Positions 18,785 through 28,678 of a stretch of 64,000 nt of DNA are shown piece by piece. A model generated the notes under the pieces. It was not told the DNA's origin. It did no database searches and was given only the letters and a program-made list of their open reading frames with translations. Source of the stretch: an uncultured Candidatus Binatia bacterium (GTDB taxonomy: Bacteria; Desulfobacterota; Binatia; UBA9968; JAJDTQ01); assembly GCA_965242525.1 (NCBI GenBank), contig OZ251459.1, positions 1,504,001-1,568,000 on the forward strand, written 5' to 3'. The position numbers and the translations under genes are program-made. Positions within the stretch are counted from its first letter, which is position 1. Each line of letters begins with the position of its first letter.

Positions 18785-19603
18785 TCACGGGCCCGGCTCG
18801 ATGCGCCGGGCCGCGGTGACGAAGCCCGTGTGCGCCACCATCCTGTGCTGCGGCCGGACGCTCATCTCCTTCACGCGCCAGTAGCGCACCAGGGTCTCCA
18901 TGGTGTCGATGCAGGCGAACCCGCCGTGCTCCTGCAGCGAATCCACGAAACCCTTCACCTGCAGCACGGTGGGCACGTAGCCCAGGAAGACCCCGCCGGG
19001 GCGCAGCGCGCGCCAGGCGCGTTCGGTCTGCCGCCAAGGCTCGGGGAGGTCGAGGAAGATCCGGTCCGCGCTCAGGTCCCGGAGCCCTTCGGACACGTCG
19101 CCCACCTCCAGCGTCCACTGGGGCGCGGGTCCGTAGTACCGGGCCACGTTCCGCTCCGCGGCCCGGGCGAACTCCTCCCGCAACTCGTAGGAGACCACCC
19201 GCCCCCCGGGTCCCACCGCCCGCAGCAACGCCAGCGTCAACGCCCCGGGGCCGACCCCCGCCTCCACCACCGTGGCCCCGGGATAGACGTCACCCCACAT
19301 GAGGATGAGCGCCAGGTCCTTGGGATAGATCACCTGGGCCTTGCGCGGCAGGTTGGGGATCAACCGCTCCAGGGTGGGCCGCAGCACCACGAAGCGCTCC
19401 TTCAGCGAAGAGCGCACGACCACGCCGTCGGCCTTGCCCAGCACGTCGTCCGCAGCGATGGCGCCGCCCCGGATGGAGATGGTCTCCCCGGCCCGAAGCG
19501 TCTTCAGGTACTCCCGGTCCTTGCGGTCGAAGAAGACCACAGACTCCCCGTCGCGGAGCGGCTCCCCCGTGGTCCGAAGGCCGTGGAACTCAGCCGAACT
19601 CAT
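18785..19603 (-). CDS. trmI: tRNA (adenine58-N1)-methyltransferase
   Basis: 'LPRKAQVIYPKDL', 'VVEAGVGPGALT', 'FLDLPEPW', 'RPQHRMVAHTGF'. Confidence 0.93.
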   Translation of the reverse strand: MSSAEFHGLRTTGEPLRDGESVVFFDRKDREYLKTLRAGETISIRGGAIAADDVLGKADGVVVRSSLKERFVVLRPTLERLIPNLPRKAQVIYPKDLALILMWGDVYPGATVVEAGVGPGALTLALLRAVGPGGRVVSYELREEFARAAERNVARYYGPAPQWTLEVGDVSEGLRDLSADRIFLDLPEPWRQTERAWRALRPGGVFLGYVPTVLQVKGFVDSLQEHGGFACIDTMETLVRYWRVKEMSVRPQHRMVAHTGFVTAARRIEPGP

Positions 19604-19641
19604 GATGGTGGTGTCAGGCAGAAAGAGGGGGCGCCCCGGAG

Positions 19642-19734
<93 letters not shown>

Positions 19735-19869
19735 ATGCTCATGCGGCGGCCTCCGGAAGCCGCCCTCCACAGGGCGTCCTCCGCAAGGGAGCCTGTCCGG
19801 ACAGTTTAGCATACCCGCGCAAGTTGGCGACTCCCGGGCGCGGGGCGGCGGAAAAAATCGCCGGAAGGA

Positions 19870-19948
19870 CCCGGGGAAGCATGCATCAGGCGGCGGTGTC
19901 CCGTCCCCGCGGCCGCCCGGGGAAGCAAGCCTCAGGTGGCGATGTCCC
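19870..19948. repeat. Direct repeat of the epimerase stop-codon region (33 bp x2, period 46)
   Basis: cccggggaagcatgcatcaggcggcggtgtccc vs cccggggaagcaagcctcaggtggcgatgtccc, 29/33. Confidence 0.75.
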
Positions 19949-20918
19949 TGGCCCAGCGGCGGTTGCGGCCGTACCACGCCGCCAACTCGCGCACCCCGCT
20001 CTCGAAGTCGGTCTCGGGCTTCCAGCCGAGCAGCCTCCGGGCCTTGGAGATGTCCGCCCAGGTGGCCTCCACGTCGGCGGGATGCCGCTCCTGATGCCGC
20101 ACCGCGGCGCTGCGGCCCACCGTCCGCTCGACCAAGCGGATGGCCTCGTTCAGGACCACGGGCTCGTCCGAGCCCAGGTTGATGACCTCGTATCCCCGCA
20201 CCGACACGAGGGCGGCGAGCACCCCGTTGGCCACGTCGTCCACGTAGGTGAAGTCCCGCTGCTGGCTTCCGTCGCCGAAGACGGTCACCTCCCGGCCCTC
20301 GCTGATCCACTGGACGAACCGGAAGAGGCTCATGTCCGGCCGGCCCGCAGGCCCATAGACGGTGAAGAAACGGAGCACCGCCAAGTCGAAGCCGTACAGG
20401 AAGTGGTAGCTGTAGCTCATGGCCTCCGCGGCCTTCTTGGATGCCGCGTACGGGGAGAGCGGGCGGCCGGTGTCGGCGTCCTCCCGGAAAGGGCGCGGGG
20501 CGTCGCCGCCGTAGAGGCTGGAGGTGGAGGCCAGCACGAACCTGCCCACCCCCAGGTTTCGGCAGAGCTCCAGCAGGTTCAGGTTCCCGGTCACGTTGGC
20601 GGCCACGCAGGTCCACGGGTCGGCCACCGAGGCGCGCACCCCGGCCCGGGCCGCCAAGTTGACGACGGCGTCGATCCCGCGGCCTCCGCCCAAGGACCGC
20701 CCGAAGGACTCCACCTCCTCCCGGTCGCTCACGTCCACTCGGTGGAACGCCCACCCGGGCCGCGCCTCCAGTTGCGCCAGACGCCACTCCTTGAGGCGCA
20801 CGTCGTAGGCCGCGTCGAGGTTGTCCACCGCGATGACGGAATCGCCGCGGGACAGGAGCCCTTCGCAAACCTTCCAGCCGATGAAGCCGCAGGCTCCGGC
20901 AACGATGACGGTTCCCAT
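19932..20918 (-). CDS. NAD-dependent epimerase/dehydratase (UDP-glucuronate 4-epimerase-like)
   Basis: 'GACGFIG', 'LAARAGVRAS', 'ASTSSLYG', 'PLSPYAASKK', 'LRFFTVYGPAGRPDM'. Confidence 0.93.
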   Translation of the reverse strand: MGTVIVAGACGFIGWKVCEGLLSRGDSVIAVDNLDAAYDVRLKEWRLAQLEARPGWAFHRVDVSDREEVESFGRSLGGGRGIDAVVNLAARAGVRASVADPWTCVAANVTGNLNLLELCRNLGVGRFVLASTSSLYGGDAPRPFREDADTGRPLSPYAASKKAAEAMSYSYHFLYGFDLAVLRFFTVYGPAGRPDMSLFRFVQWISEGREVTVFGDGSQQRDFTYVDDVANGVLAALVSVRGYEVINLGSDEPVVLNEAIRLVERTVGRSAAVRHQERHPADVEATWADISKARRLLGWKPETDFESGVRELAAWYGRNRRWARDIAT

Positions 20919-20934
20919 GGGATTCGACCACGGG

Positions 20935-21027
20935 CGCCGGATCCCGGAATGCCGGGAGCCGACTCCCACAGCGACCGCCGCGCCGCCGGCGACTCCGCCG
21001 GACCCCGGAGCGCCGGGAGCCGACGCC
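20935..21027. repeat. Intergenic direct repeat (32 bp x2, period 61)
   Basis: cgccggatcccggaatgccgggagccgactcc vs cgccggaccccggagcgccgggagccgacgcc, 28/32. Confidence 0.72.
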
Positions 21028-21229
21028 GCGCGGACGGAGTCGGGGCGTTGGCCCGCGGCCCGGAGCGCGAGACGGGTTGAACAATCGTGACGCTATTGTT
21101 AGTCGGAACCTTGTTCCCAAGTCAAGGAACCCGGCGCGCCCGCGGCGCCTCCGGACCCCGCACGGAAGCGCCGCCGCGCAACGACGGGCCGGCAGCCGTG
21201 AACGGTGCGAAGGCAGGAGCGAGGCTTCC

Positions 21230-21682
21230 GTGAACGTGGTGCTCTTCGAACCGGAGATCCCTCCCAACACCGGCTCGGTGGCGCGCCTGTGCGCGGCCAC
21301 GCGAAGCCCGCTGCACCTGGTGGAGCCCCTGGGCTTCCGGTTGGACGACAAACACCTCAAGCGGGCGGGTCTGGACTACTGGCCCCACGTGGACCTGCGG
21401 GTGCACGGTTCGTGGGAACGGTTCATGGAGCGGCACGGCCGCGAGCGGTTGCATTACTTCTCCAGGAGGGCGGCGAGGTCCTACGTCTCGGCCCGGTTCC
21501 GGCGCGACGACTTCCTCGTGTTCGGCCCGGAGACCCGGGGGCTGCCTCCGCACATCCTGGACGCCAACGAGGCGCACAGCTACGTCATCCCCATGATGAG
21601 CCCCGCGGTGAGGAGCCTGAACCTCGCCAACGCGGTCTCCATCGTGCTCTACGAAGGGCTTCGCCAGCTCGGCCAACTCTAG
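21230..21682 (+). CDS. trmL: tRNA (cytidine/uridine34-2'-O)-methyltransferase
   Basis: 'VVLFEPEIPPNTG', 'LKRAGLDYW', 'FGPETRGLP', 'RSLNLANAV'; GTG start. Confidence 0.94.
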   Translation: MNVVLFEPEIPPNTGSVARLCAATRSPLHLVEPLGFRLDDKHLKRAGLDYWPHVDLRVHGSWERFMERHGRERLHYFSRRAARSYVSARFRRDDFLVFGPETRGLPPHILDANEAHSYVIPMMSPAVRSLNLANAVSIVLYEGLRQLGQL

Positions 21683-21825
21683 CCGCCCGCGGTCGCCCAT
21701 GCGCGCCCCCTTCGTGGGCACGGGCCGAAAAAGTCAAATCCGACGGGCGGTTGCGCCCGCGTTATTGACCCGGCCGCTCCCCGTGCTTTACTATAGGGAC
21801 CACACCAATCCTGGAGGAATTGCTT

Positions 21826-23061
21826 ATGAGTGTCCGCAAAGCTCGTCTCGTCTGGCTGGTGCTGGGCCTCCTGCCGGTCTTGCTGCTGCCGGTATCGGGG
21901 GTCTCGCACGAAACCGGGGAACCGGCGACCGCCCGCGAGTCGGACGTACCCGACGAGGAGAAGGAGCCGTTCGAGCTGATCATGGCCTACACCCACGTCA
22001 CCGTGGGGCCGGGCCAGGAATTCGAGATGGACGCCGAGGTCGTCAACCCGAGGAAGGCGACGGTGCAGGTGGCCATCGACGTGGGGTCGGCGCCCGAAGG
22101 GTGGACCGCGGGGTTCCATTCCCGGTATCCGAGCTACCCGGTGAAGGGCATCATGGTCCAGGGGGAGAAGTCCACCACCCTCGAACTCAAGGTCAAGCTC
22201 CCGGACGACGTGGAGCCGGGCAACTACGAAGTGGCGGTGACCGCCAGGGACGGCAAGGGGGAGAAGGTGGAGAACGCCAAGCTCTTCCTCAGCGTCTCGG
22301 CCGGGAAGGTGGATACCGGCGGGCTCAAGATGGAGAGCCAGTACCCGGTCCTGAGCGGCGCCAGCGGCCAGACCTTCAAGTTCGGAGTGGATCTCAAGAA
22401 CGAGACCGACAACCCCCTCACCACCGCCCTGGCCGCCCAGGCCCCTCCGGGCTGGGTGGTCAAGGTCAAGCCCCAGTTCGAGGACACCCAGATATCGTCC
22501 ATCGCCCTCAAGGAAGATTCGTCGGAGACCCTGAGCGTGGAGATCGAGCCGCCGCTGCTCGGCGACCCCGGTGACTACCCGGTGGTGGTCAGGGCGCGCT
22601 CGGGCGCTTTCACCGCCCAGGCCGACCTCCAGGTCACGCTGTCCGGCACCCGGGAACTCAACCTGGGCACGGCCACGGGCCGGCTCAACGGCTCGGTGAC
22701 CGCGGGCAAGCAGGGCCAGATCGACTTCCTGGTGGCCAACGCGGGCACCGCGCCCCTGAACAACCTCGCCTTCATCTCCAGCAAGCCCGACCAGTGGGAG
22801 GTCAACTTCAAGCCCGACAAGGTGGATTCCCTGAACCCGGGGGAGCTCCGCGAGGTGAAGATGGAGGTCACCGCTCCGGACCGGGCGGTGGCCGGGGACT
22901 ACGTGCTGACGGTCACCACCAACAGTCCGGACGTCAGCAAGTCCATCGACTTCAGGGTCACCGTGTCCACGCCGACCATCTGGGGATGGATCGGCGCGTT
23001 GATCGTGGCCGTGGTGGTGCTGGGGCTGGCGGCCGTCTTCATCCGGCTGGGACGGCGATGA
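21826..23061 (+). CDS. Secreted, C-terminally anchored protein with tandem NEW3/Ig-like domains
   Basis: Signal peptide; repeated 'APEGW'/'APPGW'/'KPDQW' and 'PGNYEV'/'PGDYPV'/'AGDYVL' units; C-terminal TM + RR. Confidence 0.8.
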   Translation: MSVRKARLVWLVLGLLPVLLLPVSGVSHETGEPATARESDVPDEEKEPFELIMAYTHVTVGPGQEFEMDAEVVNPRKATVQVAIDVGSAPEGWTAGFHSRYPSYPVKGIMVQGEKSTTLELKVKLPDDVEPGNYEVAVTARDGKGEKVENAKLFLSVSAGKVDTGGLKMESQYPVLSGASGQTFKFGVDLKNETDNPLTTALAAQAPPGWVVKVKPQFEDTQISSIALKEDSSETLSVEIEPPLLGDPGDYPVVVRARSGAFTAQADLQVTLSGTRELNLGTATGRLNGSVTAGKQGQIDFLVANAGTAPLNNLAFISSKPDQWEVNFKPDKVDSLNPGELREVKMEVTAPDRAVAGDYVLTVTTNSPDVSKSIDFRVTVSTPTIWGWIGALIVAVVVLGLAAVFIRLGRR

Positions 23062-23990
23062 GCGGCCATATCATCGAAACCAGGAGCCTGACCAAGCGTT
23101 ACCGGGACAAGATCGCCGTGAGCGACCTCGACCTCGGGATCGCCCAAGGCGAAGTGTTCGGTTTCCTTGGTCCCAATGGCGCCGGCAAGACCACCACCAT
23201 CCTGATGCTGCTGGGATTGACCGAGCCCACCCACGGGGCCGCGTCGGTGTGCGGTTTCAACCCCACGACCCAGCCTTTGGAGGTCAAGCGGCGAGTCGGC
23301 TACCTGCCGGAGAACCCCGGTTTCTACGAAGACCTGACGGCCCGGGAAAACCTCGCCTACATCGCCAGGCTCAACCGCATCGAGGAGGGGAAGGTCCCCG
23401 GACTGCTGGACCGGGTGCTCGACCAGGTGGGACTCATGGGCGACGGGAACAGGCCGGTGCGGGAGTTCTCCCGGGGCATGAAGCAGAGGCTGGGCATCGG
23501 CGAAGTGCTGGTCAAGGATCCCGAGGTCATCGTCCTGGACGAGCCGACCCTCGGCATCGACCCGGACGGGGTCAACCGGCTCCTGGACCTCATCATCGAG
23601 CTCCGGCGCGAGGGCGGCCTCACGGTGCTGCTCTGCTCCCACCTGCTGCACCAGGTGCAGCGGGTGTGCCAGCGCATCGGCATCATCGTCCACGGCCGCA
23701 TGATCGTGCAGGGGAGCCCCGACGAGCTCGGCAAGGCCGTGCTCGAGGAACACCAATGGAACTTCCTGGTGGAGGTCCGGGGCGAGCACCCCATGGAGGA
23801 AGCCCTCGGGAAGCTGCCGGGGGTCGATCAATGCGAGAGGCGGGAGTCCGGATGGTTCATCCGGTGCACCCGTGACGTGAGGCCGGAACTCATGGAGCTG
23901 GTGAGGGAGAAGGGGCTGGACCTCTTGCAGCTTCGCGCCGAGGACCCCACCCTCGAAGAGATCTACCTCAAGTACTTCAGGGAGGCCTAG
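23058..23990 (+). CDS. ABC transporter ATP-binding protein
   Basis: Walker A 'GPNGAGKTT', 'FSRGMKQRL', Walker B 'IVLDEPT'; ATGA overlap. Confidence 0.95.
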   Translation: MSGHIIETRSLTKRYRDKIAVSDLDLGIAQGEVFGFLGPNGAGKTTTILMLLGLTEPTHGAASVCGFNPTTQPLEVKRRVGYLPENPGFYEDLTARENLAYIARLNRIEEGKVPGLLDRVLDQVGLMGDGNRPVREFSRGMKQRLGIGEVLVKDPEVIVLDEPTLGIDPDGVNRLLDLIIELRREGGLTVLLCSHLLHQVQRVCQRIGIIVHGRMIVQGSPDELGKAVLEEHQWNFLVEVRGEHPMEEALGKLPGVDQCERRESGWFIRCTRDVRPELMELVREKGLDLLQLRAEDPTLEEIYLKYFREA

Positions 23991-23992
23991 CC

Positions 23993-24922
23993 ATGACGGT
24001 CGTGTATTGGAAAGAGCTCTCGGACCATTTCGGCAGCCTCCGGTTCATGATCCTCCTGGCCCTCATCATGCTGCCCGGGGTCCTGGCGGTCTATATCTCC
24101 GGGCAGGCCATCCGGCAGGAGGTCCAGGACAACCCGACGCAACTGGTGTTCCTCCAACTCCTCACCACCGAGGCATTCTTCTTCTCCCTCGCCACCTTCC
24201 TGGGATACTTCGGGCCGCTGGTGGGCATCACCCTCGGGTTCGACAGCATCAGCGGCGAGTACGGACGGGGGACCTTGAGCCGGGTGCTCTCGCAGCCCAT
24301 CTACCGGGACAGCCTCATCAACGGCAAGTTCCTGGCGGGCCTCACCACCCTGGCGATACTGTGGGTGTCCATCCTGCTGGTGGTGATCGGCCTCGGCATC
24401 AACCTCCTGGGCTTTCTGCCCAACGCCCAGGAGCTCTGGCGGATGCTCTTCTTCGCGGTGGTGGGGATCGCCTACACGGGCTTCTGGCTGGCCCTTGCCA
24501 TGGTGCTGTCCATGCTCCTCCGGCGCACCGTCACCGCGGCCCTGGCTTCCATCGCCCTGTGGCTCTTCCTCGGGATCTTCGTGGGCGTCCTCGCCAGCGT
24601 CGTGGCCGGACTCATGGTCCCGAACCCCGGGACCGCCGCGGAAACGGCCCGGCTCGCCACCATCGAGACCGTGCTGGGGCGCATGTCCCCGAGCGTGCTC
24701 TACAGCGAGTCGGTGCGCCTGCTGCTGAACCCGGTGGCGCGGACCCTGGTGCCGATCCTGCCGGAACAGCTCGAGCAACTCCGGGGGTTGATCGTCACCC
24801 CCCTCACCCTGGGCCAGAGCCTCCGGTTGATGCTGCCCATGTTCTTCACGCTGGTGGCGCTGGTGGCGGTGTGCTTCGGCATCGCCTACATCAAGTTCAT
24901 GCGAACCGAAATCCGCGCCTGA
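23993..24922 (+). CDS. ABC-2 type transporter permease
   Basis: 'LGFDSISGEYGRGTLSRVLSQPIYR...GKFL'; ~6 TM. Confidence 0.9.
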   Translation: MTVVYWKELSDHFGSLRFMILLALIMLPGVLAVYISGQAIRQEVQDNPTQLVFLQLLTTEAFFFSLATFLGYFGPLVGITLGFDSISGEYGRGTLSRVLSQPIYRDSLINGKFLAGLTTLAILWVSILLVVIGLGINLLGFLPNAQELWRMLFFAVVGIAYTGFWLALAMVLSMLLRRTVTAALASIALWLFLGIFVGVLASVVAGLMVPNPGTAAETARLATIETVLGRMSPSVLYSESVRLLLNPVARTLVPILPEQLEQLRGLIVTPLTLGQSLRLMLPMFFTLVALVAVCFGIAYIKFMRTEIRA

Positions 24923-24939
24923 GGAAGGCGCGGCGAGGC

Positions 24940-24979
24940 CGGGGGTTTCCCGGAGCCGCGGGGTTCCGGGAAACCCCCG
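24940..24979. terminator. GC-rich hairpin between convergent genes
   Basis: cgggggtttcccgga ... tccgggaaacccccg, 15-bp perfect stem; no U-tract. Confidence 0.55.
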
Positions 24980-24997
24980 TAGCTCCGCGGGAGGGGA

Positions 24998-25489
24998 TCA
25001 GGAGGGTCCGGCGCCGCGGCCCGCCCCCATGATGGACTCGACGATCTTCTTGTAGCCGGTGCAACGGCAGAGGTTGCCGTTCATGTACTCGATGACCTCT
25101 TCTTCCGACGGGTTGGGGTTCTCGTCCAGCAGGGTCTTGGCGGTGAGGATCATTCCGGGAGTGCAGAACCCGCACTGGAAACCGCCGTACTCGATGAAGG
25201 CTTCCTGGAGCGGGTGCAGCTTGCCGTCCTGGGCCATCCCCTCGATGGTGAGTACCTCCTTGCCCCTGGCCTCGAATGCCGGCAAGGTGCACGAGCTCAC
25301 CGGGCGCCCGTCCAGCAGCACCGTGCAGGCGCCGCAGACCTGCACGTCGCAGGAGCGTTTGGCGCCGGTGAGTCCCAGCCGTTTGCGGATCACGTCGAGC
25401 AGGAGCTCGTGCGGCTCCACCTCGATGTCGTGGCGGGTCCCGTTCACGTGGAAGGATAGCGGAAGGGTCTGCCGTCCTCTCTCCGTCAT
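24998..25489 (-). CDS. (2Fe-2S) small subunit, CoxS/CutS family
   Basis: 'SCDVQVCGACTVLLDG', 'QCGFCTPG', 'GNLCRCTGY'. Confidence 0.94.
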   Translation of the reverse strand: MTERGRQTLPLSFHVNGTRHDIEVEPHELLLDVIRKRLGLTGAKRSCDVQVCGACTVLLDGRPVSSCTLPAFEARGKEVLTIEGMAQDGKLHPLQEAFIEYGGFQCGFCTPGMILTAKTLLDENPNPSEEEVIEYMNGNLCRCTGYKKIVESIMGAGRGAGPS

Positions 25490-25527
25490 AGCTGATGCCT
25501 CCGCTCGGTTCGGGCTGGCCGCGCGGT

Positions 25528-26397
25528 TCAACCGGCCAACTCGGCGCGAATGTCGTTGAAGGCCCGGGTCAACAACACCTTGACGATGTGTTCCTTGTAC
25601 TCGGCCGACCCGTGGAGGTCGCTGATGGCGTCCGCGGCCCTGGCGGCCACGTCGCCGGAGTCGGCGATCCGGCTCGCAGCCTCGTCGAAGCCCTTCTGCC
25701 GCAGACCCTCCTCCGCCTCTTCCACCCGCATGGACTTGGGGCCGACGCAGCCCACCGCGATGCGGACGTCGCGCACCGACTCCCGCGCCTCGTCCGCCAC
25801 CACCTGGAGGGCCACCCCGACGCTGGGGCGTTCCAGGTACCCGAACTTGCGGTAGCGGACGGCCGCGTTCCGGTCGGGCAGAGGGACGACGATCTCGGTG
25901 AGGATCTCGTCCTCTTCGAGGGCCGACTCGAAGGCGTCCACGAAGAACCCGGTCATGGGGATCTCCCGTTCCCCGTCCGCCTTCTGCGCCACCACCGAGG
26001 CGTCCAGCGCCAGCAGCAGCGTGCCGGGGTCCGCGTGCGGCTCGGCAAACGTCAGGTTGCCGCCGATGGTCCCCACCTCGCGCACCCGGAGGTTGGCCAC
26101 GTTGCGTTCCATCTCCGCCAGCACCGGCAGCCTGTCCTGCAGCTCCTCGGAACGTTCGAGTTGCCTGTGGGTGGCCAAGGCCCCCAGCCGGAGGCTCCCG
26201 TCGTCCTGCCGGATCCGGTCCAGGCCGGCGATCTTCTTGACGTTGACGAGACAGTCGTAGTGGACCAGCCCTTCCTTCATGGCCAGCAGGAGTTCGGTGC
26301 CCCCCGCATAGACCTTGGCGGAGTCGCCGTAGCGGGCCAGCGCCCGGGACGCCTCCCCGACGCTCTCCGGCTCTTCCAGGCGGAACGGACGCAGCAT
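25528..26397 (-). CDS. FAD-binding medium subunit, CoxM/CutM family
   Basis: 'YAGGTELL', 'REVGTIGGNL', 'DLHGSAEYK'. Confidence 0.93.
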   Translation of the reverse strand: MLRPFRLEEPESVGEASRALARYGDSAKVYAGGTELLLAMKEGLVHYDCLVNVKKIAGLDRIRQDDGSLRLGALATHRQLERSEELQDRLPVLAEMERNVANLRVREVGTIGGNLTFAEPHADPGTLLLALDASVVAQKADGEREIPMTGFFVDAFESALEEDEILTEIVVPLPDRNAAVRYRKFGYLERPSVGVALQVVADEARESVRDVRIAVGCVGPKSMRVEEAEEGLRQKGFDEAASRIADSGDVAARAADAISDLHGSAEYKEHIVKVLLTRAFNDIRAELAG

Positions 26398-26400
26398 GGG

Positions 26401-26853
26401 TCAGGCTCCTCCCTCGAGTTCCTTCTTCACCGCCTGCGCAAAGGCCGCCACGTCGTTGTCGGCCTTGCGTTTGATGATGCTGTGTCCCAGGGTCGCCAGC
26501 TTGCCCAGGATGTCCACGGAAGCGACGAAGGAGACCAGCGTCGAACTCCCCTTCTCTTCCAGGGAAACGTCGAGCTCCACCTTGAGATGGCTGCCGATCT
26601 TGTTGTCGCTGCCCGACGCCCGGGCCTTGATGCGCTGCTTGGGCTCGCTCTCCAACACTTCGATCTTGATGGGGAACGTCACCTTGAAGGGACCCACCCG
26701 GGCCACCATCGTGGCGTTGTAGTGCTTGCCGGCTTCCACGGTGGTCGCTTCCTCGCAACCCGGAACGCAGGAAATCAGCCGGTCCACGTCCCACAGGAAG
26801 TCCCACGCCTTGTCCCGGGGGACGTCGATTTCGATGCTGTTCTCGAAGATCAT
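26401..26853 (-). CDS. CoxG/SRPBCC family protein
   Basis: 'WDFLWDVDRLISCVPGC', 'VGPFKVTF', 'GKLATLG'. Confidence 0.88.
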   Translation of the reverse strand: MIFENSIEIDVPRDKAWDFLWDVDRLISCVPGCEEATTVEAGKHYNATMVARVGPFKVTFPIKIEVLESEPKQRIKARASGSDNKIGSHLKVELDVSLEEKGSSTLVSFVASVDILGKLATLGHSIIKRKADNDVAAFAQAVKKELEGGA

Positions 26854-26886
26854 GTCCGGGTTCTTAGCAGAATCCCGCCCGGAACA

Positions 26887-27867
26887 TCAAGCACGCTCGC
26901 GGAACCCGTCGAGCTGGTCGAACTCCTCCGACAGGTATTTCTTGAGCTTCTTCTTGACCCGGTTCTCGATCTGCCGGACCCTTTCCCGGCTGATGCCGTA
27001 CCGCTCGCCGATCTCCCGCAACGTCAACGGCTGCTCGGCCATCAGCCGTTCCCGGAAGACCACCAGGTCCTTGTCCTCCAGGCCCTCGCCGAAGGTCTTC
27101 AGGCGCTCGCTGACCGCCCGGCGGTACTCGTCCTCGGCCAGGCTCTCTTCCGGGGTCGGGCGGTCGTCCGTCAGCGTATGGAGCAGCGTCGGGGCCTCGC
27201 CGTGACCCATGGGCGCGTCGGTAGAGAGGTCCCGGCCCGAGAGCCGCTGGGTCATCTCCACCACCTCGGACTCCTTCACGTCCAGCCGCTGGGCGATGAG
27301 TTTGGCCGCGGGCACGAAGCCCTCGGCTTCGAGCTTCTCCTTCTCCTTCTGCAGGTTGAAGAACAGCCTCCGCTGGGCCTGGGTGGTGCCCAGCTTCACC
27401 ATGCGCCAGTTGTTCATGAGGTAGCGGATGATGTAGGCGCGGATCCACCAGACCGCATAGGACGGGAACCGCACGCCGCGGTAGGGGTCGAAGTTCTTGA
27501 GGCTCTCCATGAGCCCGATGTTGCCCTCCTGCACCAGGTCCAGGAGGTTCCGAAACGCCCTCTCGTACTCCCGGGCGATCATCACCACCAGGCGGAGGTT
27601 GGACTTCACCAGCTTGTAGGCGGCCTCGATGTCGCCGAACTGCTTGTACTGGACCGCCAACTCGTGCTCCTCCTCGCGCGTAAGCAAAGGGTAGCGGCGG
27701 ATCTCCGACAGGTAGCTTTGTAGCGCGTCGAAGGGAACCAGTGCCCCGGACGGCTCTTCCACGGGGTCGGGGCCGTCCACCTCGTCCAGCAACACCGCAT
27801 CCTCGGACGCCTCCGCAGCCGGAGCATCGATCTCGTCGGCCGTTTCGATGGGTGGATAGACAGCCAT
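26887..27867 (-). CDS. rpoH: RNA polymerase sigma-32 (RpoH-type) factor
   Basis: 'YLSEIRRYPLL', 'SNLRLVV', 'DLVQEGNIGLM', RpoH box 'VKLGTTQAQRRLFFNL', 'ISRERVRQIE'; start uncertain. Confidence 0.88.
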   Translation of the reverse strand: MAVYPPIETADEIDAPAAEASEDAVLLDEVDGPDPVEEPSGALVPFDALQSYLSEIRRYPLLTREEEHELAVQYKQFGDIEAAYKLVKSNLRLVVMIAREYERAFRNLLDLVQEGNIGLMESLKNFDPYRGVRFPSYAVWWIRAYIIRYLMNNWRMVKLGTTQAQRRLFFNLQKEKEKLEAEGFVPAAKLIAQRLDVKESEVVEMTQRLSGRDLSTDAPMGHGEAPTLLHTLTDDRPTPEESLAEDEYRRAVSERLKTFGEGLEDKDLVVFRERLMAEQPLTLREIGERYGISRERVRQIENRVKKKLKKYLSEEFDQLDGFRERA

Positions 27868-28045
27868 GGGAACCTGTCCAACTCTATCGTTTTTGCAGGA
27901 TTTTTTCAATCATCCGGCGCTTGCATTCCCGCACGGGATGACTTATCAACCCACGAGACAACCCGGGAGAAGGAAGACTCGATCATCCAGGGGGTTTCCC
28001 AGGACGGTCGAGCAGGCGCAAACGCCCCGAAACGAGGACGCGGAC

Positions 28046-28588
28046 ATGAAAGAACCCTTCAAGACGGACCTTCAGGAGATCCAGCGGCGGGCCCGGGCGA
28101 AGATGGAGGAAGGCGCCATTACCGGGGCCTACCTTGCCGACCGGGAGCAGGTGCTCGACGTGCTGAACGAGGTGCTGGCCACCGAGATCGTCTGCATCCT
28201 GCGGTACAAGAACCACTACTTCATGGCCAGCGGCATCAACGCCGGGCCGGTGGCCAGCGAGTTCCTGCAGCACGCCAACGAAGAGCAGATGCACGCGGAC
28301 TGGGTGGCCCAGCGCATCACGCAACTCGGGGGCACGCCCAACTTCGACCCGGAGGGTCTCGCCACCCGGTCCCATGCGGAGTACCACCAGGGCGGCTCGC
28401 TGGAAGAAATGATCCGGGAGGACCTGGTGGCCGAGCGGGTGGCCATCGAGACCTACTCGGAGATCATCCGCTGGCTCGGAAACGACGACCCCACCACCCG
28501 TCGGACCATCGAAGACATCCTCAAGATGGAAGAGGAGCACGCCGACGACCTGGCGAGCCTGCTCGTAACCCTCGGAAAGTCCCCTTGA
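28046..28588 (+). CDS. Bacterioferritin/ferritin-like diiron protein
   Basis: 'LATEIVCILRY', 'EEQMHAD', 'DLVAERVAI', 'EEEHADDL'. Confidence 0.9.
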   Translation: MKEPFKTDLQEIQRRARAKMEEGAITGAYLADREQVLDVLNEVLATEIVCILRYKNHYFMASGINAGPVASEFLQHANEEQMHADWVAQRITQLGGTPNFDPEGLATRSHAEYHQGGSLEEMIREDLVAERVAIETYSEIIRWLGNDDPTTRRTIEDILKMEEEHADDLASLLVTLGKSP

Positions 28589-28678
28589 ACTGAAGCTCCC
28601 GCAGTGCGCCCACCGGAAGGGCCGCCACAAGAGAACCTGCCCATCCACGTCCGCACATGGCCCGGAGACGACGGACCG

